64,000 bases of DNA from positions 64,953-128,952 of the forward strand of contig JBEKDT010000015.1 in assembly GCA_050014195.1 (NCBI GenBank), in the 5' to 3' direction. A model generated the notes under the pieces. That model searched no databases, was not told the origin of the DNA, and worked only from the letters and a program-made list of their open reading frames with translations. Of this stretch, positions 18,335 to 27,058 are shown piece by piece. How positions within the stretch are numbered: position 1 is the first letter of the stretch; each line of letters begins with the position of its first letter. The translations under genes were made by a program, and so were the position numbers. The DNA comes from Desulfomonilia bacterium (GTDB lineage: Bacteria > Desulfobacterota > Desulfomonilia > UBA1062).

Positions 18335-19042
18335 ATGGCTGATGTGTACATGGTCACTAGAACATCGACAAATCACCAGGACCTTTCCATTGAGGCCCAG
18401 GATGCAGCCCTGAGAAAATGGGCTATGAATCATGGGCACATTGTGAAGGGTATTTCCACAGAGGACGGGGTGAGTGGTGGACGGGACATTAAGAAGCGTC
18501 ATATTATGAAGATCCTCAACAAGATGGGCAAAGGTGACATCCTGGCTACGTATTCATGGAGTAGGCTGACGAGAAGCCTTTCAGACCTGATGGAAATTGC
18601 CAAGATCCTGGAAAAGAAGGGGTCACATTTGGTGAGTCTCGTAGAGCAGATTGATACGAGCACCCCACAGGGCAGACTCTTCTATCACATCATGGGGTCT
18701 ATGCATCAGTTTGAAAGAGAGCTGATTGCTCAGCGAGTTAGGTTTGGACTGGACCACAAACGGTCAAAATCTGAGAAGTTGGGTGGCATGATTCCATTCG
18801 GCTATGATGTGAAGGTGGTTCCCGGTATGAATCGCAAGGGTGAGCCGACCAAGATCAAGAAGCTGGTCCCAAACGAGAAAGAGCATTTTATCATAGAGAA
18901 GATACTTACATTGCGACGGGAGTCATGCACTTTGAAGAATATTGCCAATACACTGAATGCCGAGGGCATCCCGACCAAGAATGGCAGTGTATGGCTTTCG
19001 GGCCAGATAAATAGGATAGTTCGACGGGAGGCAAGGGCATGA
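18335..19042 (+). CDS. Serine recombinase (resolvase catalytic domain + short recombinase DNA-binding domain)
   Basis: TRTST catalytic Ser, EDGVSG, SRLTRS, IDTSTPQGRL, FERELIAQR, PFGY, IANTLNAEG. Confidence 0.92.
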   Translation: MADVYMVTRTSTNHQDLSIEAQDAALRKWAMNHGHIVKGISTEDGVSGGRDIKKRHIMKILNKMGKGDILATYSWSRLTRSLSDLMEIAKILEKKGSHLVSLVEQIDTSTPQGRLFYHIMGSMHQFERELIAQRVRFGLDHKRSKSEKLGGMIPFGYDVKVVPGMNRKGEPTKIKKLVPNEKEHFIIEKILTLRRESCTLKNIANTLNAEGIPTKNGSVWLSGQINRIVRREARA

Positions 19043-20658
19043 CTACGGATGGATTGAAACCACCTCTACGTTTTGGGGTGCTGTGCCGTGTTAGCACCGA
19101 ACCTCAGGAAAAGCGTGGGGAATCCCTGAACAATCAAAAGAAGCAGGTCGAGTCTGCCGTGAAATATCTTGGTGGGATAATTACCATGCGATATGAGGGG
19201 CAAGAGCATAGTACACCAGGATCTGAACGAGAGATGCTTGACAGGGCTCTCGTAGATTCTGGCAAAGGTCTCTTCGATGCATTTATGGTCCCTGATCTCA
19301 CAAGATGGACCAGGGACAATGAAAAGAATAAGCAGAGTATCAGAATTTTTAGGATGAACAAGATACGCTTTTTTGTAGGAACGATGGAGTTCAATTTAAA
19401 CAAGTCTCATGATCGAATGATGATTGGAATGACGACAGAGGTCGGAGAAGGCACCGCTGGCTATATGGCAGAGAGGAGCAAGGAATGTCGTCATGATCTA
19501 TTTAGTAAAGGAGTGCCATGTGTCGGTCAGAAACCCTATGGACGAAAGTATGACAAGAAGACAGGCACATGGAGTATCGACGAAGAAAAGAAGGAAATGA
19601 TTAAGATAGCAGTCAAGAAGTTTCTATCAAAGATAGGCCGTGAGAAAATAGGCCGTGAGAAAATTGCAGAGGAAATGGGAATTTCTCCAAGCACATTGTA
19701 TATCATCTTCAAAAAATTCCTTGGTGATACATGGACCACTAAAATGGGGACAATGAAAATCCCTCCCCTGATTGAGGATCAGAAAATCATTAAAGCAGTC
19801 CATGAGAGACTTGAAAACAACAAGACCATCAACCATGATCCACGTGGGAAACATGCATATCTGTTATCCAGCATCATATTTTGCGCTGATTGCGGACTCA
19901 CCCTGAATGGCGTTCCCGATCAGATGAACTATGGAAAGACTGAGGCCCAATATAAATATAGGTACAGACACCCAAAGAACAAAAGCATCAAGCGTTTTTG
20001 CCCAAATTATAAAGCATGGGACATCAGGGCAGAGGACATAGAAGAAGCTGTGATAATCCAAATGCTATATCTTTTTGGACATAGAGAAGCATTAGAGAAG
20101 TCCATATTAAGAACTGTCCCCAATAATGAAAAATTGCAAGAACTGTCTGCCACCAAGGCAAGGTATAATAAGGAGTTCGATAATATTGAAAAAGAAATAC
20201 AGACCCTCATTGAAAAAACCGTCAAAGGAATATTTACGGATGAAGAAGCAAGACCCACTATGGAAAAATATCGTGAACGCAAGAGATTCCTCAAACTAGA
20301 GATGGATAATCTCGATACTCAGATTGGACAATCACCAACCAAAAAAGAGCTTAGTGCACTTGCCAAAAGAGTTCACCAACAGGCTTGGAAGGCACTTTAT
20401 CAAAATCCTGCAAAAATGACATGGACTCAGAAACGGGAACTTTTGTTAAAGGTATTTTTAGGGAAGCATGTCTCTGGCGATAAACCAGGTATCTATGTCA
20501 AAAAAGTTGATGATGTCGTGCATTATTCTATCAAAGGACTAATCAATCAGGAGATTGAGGGGTGTCTTCCAATGAGCGATTGGGAGAGGGAAGAATTGCT
20601 AGATAATCCTATAAAAGCAAAAGGGAATAATATAACAAGTAAATTTAACAATTACTGA
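19039..20658 (+). CDS. Large serine recombinase (integrase); stop codon formed at the right att junction
   Basis: CRVST catalytic Ser, DLTRWTR, PYG, YLLSSIIFCADCG Zn ribbon, long coiled coil; ATGA overlap with the upstream recombinase. Confidence 0.92.
   Translation: MTTDGLKPPLRFGVLCRVSTEPQEKRGESLNNQKKQVESAVKYLGGIITMRYEGQEHSTPGSEREMLDRALVDSGKGLFDAFMVPDLTRWTRDNEKNKQSIRIFRMNKIRFFVGTMEFNLNKSHDRMMIGMTTEVGEGTAGYMAERSKECRHDLFSKGVPCVGQKPYGRKYDKKTGTWSIDEEKKEMIKIAVKKFLSKIGREKIGREKIAEEMGISPSTLYIIFKKFLGDTWTTKMGTMKIPPLIEDQKIIKAVHERLENNKTINHDPRGKHAYLLSSIIFCADCGLTLNGVPDQMNYGKTEAQYKYRYRHPKNKSIKRFCPNYKAWDIRAEDIEEAVIIQMLYLFGHREALEKSILRTVPNNEKLQELSATKARYNKEFDNIEKEIQTLIEKTVKGIFTDEEARPTMEKYRERKRFLKLEMDNLDTQIGQSPTKKELSALAKRVHQQAWKALYQNPAKMTWTQKRELLLKVFLGKHVSGDKPGIYVKKVDDVVHYSIKGLINQEIEGCLPMSDWEREELLDNPIKAKGNNITSKFNNY
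20619..20656. repeat. Right attachment junction (arm AAGTAAATTTAACAATTA + core CT)
   Basis: Inverted counterpart of 7053-7070. Confidence 0.85.
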
Positions 20659-21412
20659 ATTGAAAAATGGTTATGCTTTCCCTGAACATGGTCCTCTCAT
20701 ACAGACCGGAAGCGAACTTCCCGGTCAGTTCGTTGCATGTGTTTTTGTAGCTCATCACCTGCGAATTGTGGTTTGATGCTATGGAACCGATGTCTGCAAC
20801 AATACCGTTCAGGTCGTCCACCGTCTTCTGCAGGTCCGCTTGTTGGGCCTGGAGGCCTTCCAACTCGGCATCGAGGGACTGCTTCTGCCCGGAAAGACTT
20901 TGAAAGGTTCCCCTGGAGACGGTGTCATCCTTATTCGCTGCATCAAGCTCAGCCCTGTAGGCATTCAGGTGCCTCATGTATGCATCATATTGCGCTGAAT
21001 AGGCGGCATTCTTCCGCTCCACCTCGGCTTTAAGATCATTGTACAGGGACATGAGCTCATCATACGATGCCTTTGCATCGTCTATGCCTCTGCTGATGTT
21101 TTTCAGATTGTCCGTTACTGCCTGCCGGTTGTCATACACCAGGTCTATCTCGATGGAGCCGGCCGGGTCTTCCTGGAAGATCTTGTGCCCGATGGCCTTC
21201 TCCCACATGGCGACCGCCTCATGAACGGCATCCGTAACCTCCTGCCTGCTCAATCCGAAGCGCTCATCGATGGAGTTGATGCGGTAGGTCATGATCGTGT
21301 TGAATGCCTCTGATCTGCCCTGGAAGATGCAGACAAAGAGGATACAGATGATGATTTGTGGCAGATACCTGATGGGGCTTAAGGGGTGGCTCGTGTATGC
21401 ATTTTTCATCAT
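20645..21412 (-). pseudogene. 5' part of the matrixin-family metalloprotease (signal/TM segment, N-terminal metzincin strands, coiled coil), truncated by the element
   Basis: TYRINSIDERFGLSRQEV..AVAMWEKAIG..IEIDLVYDNRQ, coiled coil, ends ITIFQFS|NC* at the att core; joins in frame to 6882-7050. Confidence 0.88.
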
Positions 21413-21462
21413 GGTGGTACAGATATTTTTCGGGTGATATTCTAAAAAGCTTAACAGGCTAC

Positions 21463-21702
21463 TTGTTCTCACCACGAAGGACTTAGCGCAGCATAGCCGC
21501 AACCAAAATGAGCTTGGGATTTGAGCAGACATAGAAGTCCTTCACCACGAAGAGCACTTTAGGACACGAAGAAAGGAAACCTTTTGAAATAGTGGAACGG
21601 TTCAAAGAACCCACGATTGTCTGTTATGCATTTCTTAGATCATCTTCGTGCTCTTCGTGTCCTTCGTGGTGAAATTTCCCTGTGTGTGCTCTTCAACGAT
21701 CC
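21463..21702. repeat. Palindromic MITE-like repeat, copy A (CACCACGAAG...CTTCGTGGTG arms)
   Basis: Shares both flanks with 31697-31861; carries an extra nested segment at about 21483-21540. Confidence 0.75.
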
Positions 21703-21744
21703 GGGGAATTCCAGGGACACCCTACTTAATTCTTGCATTCCAGA

Positions 21745-22056
21745 CTACGCTGCTTCGTGATGCGGTTGCACCTCGCTATCGATTCTTTCCTTGAGTTTCT
21801 CCTGCGCTACCTCGAGATCGTAGTGGGTCTGAAGGTTCATCCAGCTCTGGGCATCGGTGTTGAAGAAACGTGCAAGCCTCAGGACAGTGTCTGCAGTGAT
21901 GGAACGCTTACCTGCAATAATCTCTCCTATGCGCCTCTGGGGAACGCCTATGGATTTGGCCAGACGGTACTGGGTAATGCCCATGGGCTTGAGGAAATCC
22001 TCCAGGAGTATCTCTCCGGGATGAACAGGGGGCAGTGCCCTCTTCATAATCTTCAT
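21745..22056 (-). CDS. higA: HigA/VapI-type addiction module antitoxin
   Basis: PVHPGEILLEDFLKPMGITQYRLA..RSITADTVLRLARFF..WMNLQTHYDL. Confidence 0.93.
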   Translation of the reverse strand: MKIMKRALPPVHPGEILLEDFLKPMGITQYRLAKSIGVPQRRIGEIIAGKRSITADTVLRLARFFNTDAQSWMNLQTHYDLEVAQEKLKERIDSEVQPHHEAA

Positions 22057-22077
22057 GGGATGTCTCCTTTTTCTTTT

Positions 22078-22107
22078 TCAGTGGTAATCCACTATCTCCA
22101 CATCAGC
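22078..22107 (-). pseudogene. higB: C-terminal remnant of higB toxin
   Basis: ADVEIVDYH* immediately upstream of higA is the typical HigB C-terminus; the rest is absent. Confidence 0.7.
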
Positions 22108-22133
22108 GGTCAAATCTATTTTACGATCAACAA

Positions 22134-22832
22134 TCAAATCTTAAAGGCCTCAATGGAGCTCATAAATTCATACATCTTATCCGATGCGTTTCTGATGATC
22201 CTCAGCAGTTCCTTCCTCCATCTTCCCGGCATGCCTGCATAGATGTCCCGGAGCATGCGCCTCTGGCTCTCATGGCCTAAAAGATATTCGCCCACCTGCC
22301 GCGCCGTCTCGATGTCCTTCTCCCTCTTGAATGATTTTGTGCGCCTGCCGCTTATGATGAACTTGTGCAGTACATAGGCTGCCGGCTCCGGCACATTGAT
22401 GGATATGCCGTTGTAAGAAGCCCTCATCACATGCCCCTGGAGAAGATCCAGATACCTCAATCCCTGGGCGTCTACATGGAGCTTCTCGATAGCGTAAGGC
22501 TTGTCCCTGCCTTTGCCCCTTTCGGGCGTGAGAAATTCCACTTCAAGATCCGGATGGACATATTTCACGTATCCGTCCAGCATCGAAATATTCCTATCGA
22601 ACCCAAGCCTTTCCAGGATCCGGGAGACATCAACATCCTTTTGAATATGCGGCGGGTTGGGGACCATGAAGTCTAGATCCGTCGTCCTCTGCATGGAGAT
22701 CTCTGCCGGGTTGCCGAAGTATTCCCTGTACACCAGCGGACACCATCCGCCGATGAGAATGATGTCCTGAAGGACCTCCTCCTCATCGAGTCTGGTCAAA
22801 ACCGCAAAGAACAGATCATGTTCTCTTCCCAC
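22134..22832 (-). CDS. Nucleotidyltransferase-fold protein (GSU2403/AbiEii-like)
   Basis: ILIGGW..RTTDLDF..VEFLTP..PEPAAYVLHK..KREKD. Confidence 0.8.
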   Translation of the reverse strand: MGREHDLFFAVLTRLDEEEVLQDIILIGGWCPLVYREYFGNPAEISMQRTTDLDFMVPNPPHIQKDVDVSRILERLGFDRNISMLDGYVKYVHPDLEVEFLTPERGKGRDKPYAIEKLHVDAQGLRYLDLLQGHVMRASYNGISINVPEPAAYVLHKFIISGRRTKSFKREKDIETARQVGEYLLGHESQRRMLRDIYAGMPGRWRKELLRIIRNASDKMYEFMSSIEAFKI

Positions 22833-23130
22833 GCAGGGCCCTCTTTACTTCCTTGAGATTTTCCCTCACCTGGCGCAGTTTGGCCTGGTATTCCCTTCTC
22901 TGGTGGATACGGTTATCAAGGGCATCACGCACCTCAGGGACATCTCTGCCGACATAATCGAAGATGACCTTCTCGCCCTCACGCCGGGCAAGATAGAGGT
23001 ACCTTCTGCCTCCCCTCTCTTTTGCTGAAATTGATCCCCGGGGGGCTTCCTCGATCTTCTTCCTGTAGAAATCCAGGAGCTCTTCCAGCCGTTTCCGCTC
23101 TTCTTCCAGGATACCCATCATGACGCTCAT
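22816..23130 (-). CDS. Small basic partner protein of the nucleotidyltransferase (putative antitoxin/regulator)
   Basis: PRGSISAKERGGRRYLYL..FDYVG; overlaps the downstream gene; AGGAGG RBS. Confidence 0.7.
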   Translation of the reverse strand: MSVMMGILEEERKRLEELLDFYRKKIEEAPRGSISAKERGGRRYLYLARREGEKVIFDYVGRDVPEVRDALDNRIHQRREYQAKLRQVRENLKEVKRALRGKRT

Positions 23131-23140
23131 GCCTTCCTCC

Positions 23141-23238
23141 TGTCTAACAACTGGCCTATATTCTAATAATTGTTAGGCAATAAGTCAAGAGGGGAATTGC
23201 CTAACAATAAATAGTTTGAACATTCTTTGTTAGGCAAT
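23141..23238 (-). promoter_or_regulatory. sigma70 promoter with four operator-like boxes
   Basis: TTGACT (23188-23183), 17 bp, TAGAAT (23165-23160); TTGTTAGGCAAT at 23170 and 23227, inverted at 23196, partial inverted at 23141. Confidence 0.75.
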
Positions 23239-23468
23239 GATCCATCGAGCTTCATGATGATAAGGACAAATCTCCCCTGTCCCCTCTTTACAAAAGAGGG
23301 TGACCTTTAACCAAGGTATGGAGCCGATTCATGTCTCCACAAGTTTCTTTCATGGATAACAGCGAGCCTCTCATGATGCGGGGTGTTTGCGATGGACTGA
23401 AGCAGTGATCTGGAGGGTTATGTTAAAGCTCAACCCACCCTACAAAACTGAGAAATCTTTTAAAAAAA

Positions 23469-23662
23469 GCAAATTGCAAAAGTCCGAGATTGTCATTCCC
23501 GCGGAAGCTTCGAATCCAGTCTCTTCAAGAACTTCTGGATCCCCGCTTTCGCGGGGGTGACACTATTTTTGAGTTTTGCATTTGTCTCAATAGAAATGAC
23601 ATATCGCGTAATCCTGCGAGGAGACCCTCGTGCACTGGATTCGAAGCTTACGCGGGAATGAC
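23469..23662. repeat. Cluster of GTCATTCCCGCG-type REP-like palindromes
   Basis: gtcattcccgcggaagcttcgaatccag...ctggatccccgctttcgcgggggtgac plus an inverted unit near 23635-23662; similar unit near 63558. Confidence 0.75.
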
Positions 23663-23788
23663 ACTGAGGGTGTTTTCTCTTGGCTCATCAATTTATTAAG
23701 GTGCACGATAATACAACATTCCATGCTTATGCTCAGACAGACACCATCCGCCTTGACCCCATAGGCGTGCTCTGGTAATGCACAATTC

Positions 23789-24610
23789 ATGGATTTTCCC
23801 CTCATCGAGAAGGCCGTGAATCTGCTTCTAAGAGCGAAGCATGCGGTAGTCCTCACCGGTGCGGGGATATCGACCGAGTCAGGCGTTCCCGACTTCAGGT
23901 CTCCGGGCGGCATCTGGGAGCGTTATGACCCGAGCCTCTTCTTCTACGCCCGTTTTCTTGCAGAACCCGATGTGGTCTGGAAGTGCCTGATCGAGATGAA
24001 CTCCTCGGGCGAGATGTCTTTGTGGGAGGCCAGGCCCAACCAGGGCCACCTGGCGCTTTCCGCGCTGGAGGAGATGGGGATCGTCAAGGTAGTCATCACC
24101 CAGAACATCGACAACCTGCACCAGAAGGCAGGCAGCAAGCATGTCATCGAGTTCCACGGGAATATGCTCGTTTTCCGGTGTCTGAAGTGCGGACGCAAAT
24201 ACGGATTCGTGCAGCTCCTGGAGATTATCGCATCAAGCCCGTTCCTTCCGCCTCTTTGCGAATGTTCCGGCGTGCTTAAGCCGGATGCCGTATTCTTCGG
24301 CGAGGCCATCCCGCAAGATGCCCTGAAGGAGTCATTCCGGCACGCCCAGGAGTGCGATCTGATGCTCGTGATCGGGACCTCGGCCCAGATCGAGCCTGCG
24401 GCGTCTCTGCCCATCGTAGCCAAAGGGATGCACTCCATGTTCAGAGGAATGGGCAGCCTTATCGCAAAGACGGGCTGCCATGTCATTGAGATCAACCGGG
24501 AGCCCACGCCGCTCACCGGCGAGGTGTCGGATTTCATCATACAGGGCAGCGCCGGAGAAATCCTTTCGACCATTGCCGGAAAGGTCAAGGAAAAGAGGGC
24601 GGCAGTATGA
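23789..24610 (+). CDS. cobB: NAD-dependent protein deacylase (sirtuin)
   Basis: TGAGISTESGVPDFR, TQNIDNLHQKAG, HG, CxxC, KPDAVFFGE, GTS. Confidence 0.93.
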   Translation: MDFPLIEKAVNLLLRAKHAVVLTGAGISTESGVPDFRSPGGIWERYDPSLFFYARFLAEPDVVWKCLIEMNSSGEMSLWEARPNQGHLALSALEEMGIVKVVITQNIDNLHQKAGSKHVIEFHGNMLVFRCLKCGRKYGFVQLLEIIASSPFLPPLCECSGVLKPDAVFFGEAIPQDALKESFRHAQECDLMLVIGTSAQIEPAASLPIVAKGMHSMFRGMGSLIAKTGCHVIEINREPTPLTGEVSDFIIQGSAGEILSTIAGKVKEKRAAV

Positions 24611-25419
24611 TCACCGGCAGGACAAAAGTCTTTACCATCCTCGCCCATCCATCAACCCATGTCATGGCCCCTCTCATCTACAACCACATCTTCACTTCCA
24701 TGGGGCTCGACATGACCTATATCAGCCATGACGTTCTGCCCGAAGCCATTGCAGAGACCATAAAGTCGTTCTCAGGCTGGTGCAACCTGGGAGGGTTCAA
24801 TGTAACCATCCCCCACAAAGAGGCCGTGGCCGCCCTTGTGGACAGCCGGTGCGAGGTTTCCACCCGGACACGTGTCGTGAATACGGTGGTGAGGCATGAA
24901 GACGGACAATTGTCCGGCCACAACACCGACGGCCTTGGTGCAGTGAAGGCCCTGGGCCTGGTTCATGGGGCTGCATGCCTGATGATAGGCGCAGGGGGTG
25001 CAGCCCGGGCCATTGTGGATGCCCTGCTGCACGAGGGCGCAAAGAGCGTGCTCATCCTGACCCGCTCGCGCGAAGGGGCGCTGCGGCTGCTAAGCCTGTT
25101 CCCCGGCAGTCCGGTGGGCATATACAATGGCGAACCCTTAAAAGATATCGAGGTTGTGGTACAGGCAACCCCGGTGGCGGACAAGATCCCCTTCGGGCTC
25201 GATCCGGCCGGATTCACGCGCGGCACGCGCATCCTGGAGACCGTCATGCGGCCCACGGCCCTGTCGGAGGCGGCCGTGCATCATGGGCTTACGCTCATCG
25301 GCGGCCATGCCATGCTCTATCACCAGACAAGCAGGAACTTCGAGCTGTTTACCGGCCGTGAGCTCCCGAAGGATCGGTTGGATGATGCATTCGCATCGCT
25401 CGGGTACCGCCTGCCATGA
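24607..25419 (+). CDS. aroE: Shikimate dehydrogenase family protein
   Basis: GFNVTIPHK, VNTV, GHNTDGLG, GAGGAARA. Confidence 0.85.
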   Translation: MITGRTKVFTILAHPSTHVMAPLIYNHIFTSMGLDMTYISHDVLPEAIAETIKSFSGWCNLGGFNVTIPHKEAVAALVDSRCEVSTRTRVVNTVVRHEDGQLSGHNTDGLGAVKALGLVHGAACLMIGAGGAARAIVDALLHEGAKSVLILTRSREGALRLLSLFPGSPVGIYNGEPLKDIEVVVQATPVADKIPFGLDPAGFTRGTRILETVMRPTALSEAAVHHGLTLIGGHAMLYHQTSRNFELFTGRELPKDRLDDAFASLGYRLP

Positions 25420-25613
25420 GAGTCTACCTGATCTGCACAAAACGCAAGTCAAGGCCCAAGGTCGCCTTGGAGGTGTGCAAGGCCTGCAGATATAACAGGT
25501 CGTGCAGACAATACGTGAACTACAGAAACCCTCTTCTCTTCCCCGAGCTTGAAAAACCTCAAGGAAATGCAATTTCTTGACAGTATAGATCAATGGAACT
25601 ATGTTAAATCCAT

Positions 25614-26114
25614 ATGCCGCGCAAAGAGATCCTCATCTACCCCGAATCCGCGCTGAAGGCCAGGGCCCAGGAGGTCGACAAGATCGACCTCGATATCATA
25701 ACACTCGCGGATGACATGAAAGACGCCATGTATAATGCCCCGGGCGTGGGCCTTGCCGCCCCCCAGGTGGGGTGCTCCAAGCGGCTCATCCTCGTGGACC
25801 CCTCTGCAAACAAGGACTCGGGCAGTCTCCTGGTCATTATCAACCCGGTCATTGTGGAGAGTGAGGGCTCGGTGGAAGACAGTGAGATGTGCCTGAGCGT
25901 GCCCGAGGTCTCCGTGGATGTGAAGAGGGCTGAAAGGGTCCTTCTCAAAGGGGTCAACCTCGACGGCAAAGAGATCCGCATAGAGGCGGAAGGGTTTCTG
26001 GCACGCATATTCCAGCATGAGATCGACCATCTCAACGGCAAGGTCATTTTGGATTACGCCTCGACTCTCAAGCGGGCCATCTATCTGAAGAAGAGGAAAA
26101 AGGGCAAGATATGA
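25614..26114 (+). CDS. def: Peptide deformylase
   Basis: GVGLAAPQVG, EMCLS, QHEIDHLNG. Confidence 0.95.
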   Translation: MPRKEILIYPESALKARAQEVDKIDLDIITLADDMKDAMYNAPGVGLAAPQVGCSKRLILVDPSANKDSGSLLVIINPVIVESEGSVEDSEMCLSVPEVSVDVKRAERVLLKGVNLDGKEIRIEAEGFLARIFQHEIDHLNGKVILDYASTLKRAIYLKKRKKGKI

Positions 26115-27058
26115 GACTCGCCTTCATGGGCACGCCGGATTTTGCCGTGCCCACCCTATCCACCCTTGTCGAATCGAAACGACATGACATTGCGTTCGTC
26201 ATCACCCAGCCGGACAAACCCAAAGGCAGGGGGATGCACCTCCAGAGCCCGCCCGTCAAAGAGCTGGCCCAGAAAGCCGGTCTAAAGGTATATCAGCCCC
26301 AGTCACTGAAAGACAACAGTGAGGTCCGGGATCTTTTTGCAGCTTCCATGCTCGATGCAGTGATCGTGGTGGCCTATGGGAAGATGATCCCTTCTGATAT
26401 GCTCAATGTGCCACGGATCGGATTCCTCAATGTCCATGCCTCGCTGCTGCCGGATCTCCGGGGCGCCTCACCCATCAACCGGGCCGTCATGGCCGGATAC
26501 ACGACCACCGGCATCAGCATCATGAAGATCGATGAGGGAATGGATTCAGGCCCGGTATACATGCAGTCGTCGATTCCCATCAATGAGGAAGACGATGCGG
26601 TGGGTCTGTCGGAAAGGCTGAGTGCCCTTGGAGCAGTCAAGGTCCTGGAGGCCCTTGTCCTCATTGAAGATGGAAAGATGCAGCCTGTGCCTCAGGACCA
26701 TGCGCGGGCAACATACGCACCCATGCTCACCAAGGAAGATGGGGCCATCGACTGGGGCAAAGACCCGAGGACCATACATAATCTGATCCGGGGGCTTGTA
26801 CCATGGCCGTGCGCCTACACCTACCTCCAGGGAAAGATGCTCAAGATCATGAAGGATTCTTACGAGATAGATGATCATGGTACTCAGGTGGGAACGCTCC
26901 TGAAGGACAAATCCGGCGTGAGGATTGCGTGCAATGGCGGTTATATCATCCCCAAAGTCCTCCACCTCGAGGGAAAGAAGGCCATTGATGCAGCCGCATT
27001 CTCAAACGGGTTGAAGACAGACCGGACAATAGTGGGGGCCAAACAGGAGACTCTATGA
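26111..27058 (+). CDS. fmt: Methionyl-tRNA formyltransferase
   Basis: FMGTPDFA, TQPDKPKGRG, NVHASLLP. Confidence 0.96.
   Translation: MRLAFMGTPDFAVPTLSTLVESKRHDIAFVITQPDKPKGRGMHLQSPPVKELAQKAGLKVYQPQSLKDNSEVRDLFAASMLDAVIVVAYGKMIPSDMLNVPRIGFLNVHASLLPDLRGASPINRAVMAGYTTTGISIMKIDEGMDSGPVYMQSSIPINEEDDAVGLSERLSALGAVKVLEALVLIEDGKMQPVPQDHARATYAPMLTKEDGAIDWGKDPRTIHNLIRGLVPWPCAYTYLQGKMLKIMKDSYEIDDHGTQVGTLLKDKSGVRIACNGGYIIPKVLHLEGKKAIDAAAFSNGLKTDRTIVGAKQETL

Larger units (their letters stand above)
7051..20656. mobile_element. 13.6-kb serine-integrase element encoding a phage head module without tail or lysis genes (capsid-forming satellite-like)
   Basis: CT core at 7051-7052 and 20655-20656; inverted arms; interrupts matrixin gene; visibly AT-richer than flanks; two serine recombinases; terL, portal, scaffold, MCP, minor head. 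Confidence 0.9.

Noticed and set aside
21463-23662. CRISPR array
   Set aside because: The repeats are palindromic REP/MITE-like units without regular repeat-spacer periodicity, and no cas genes are present.
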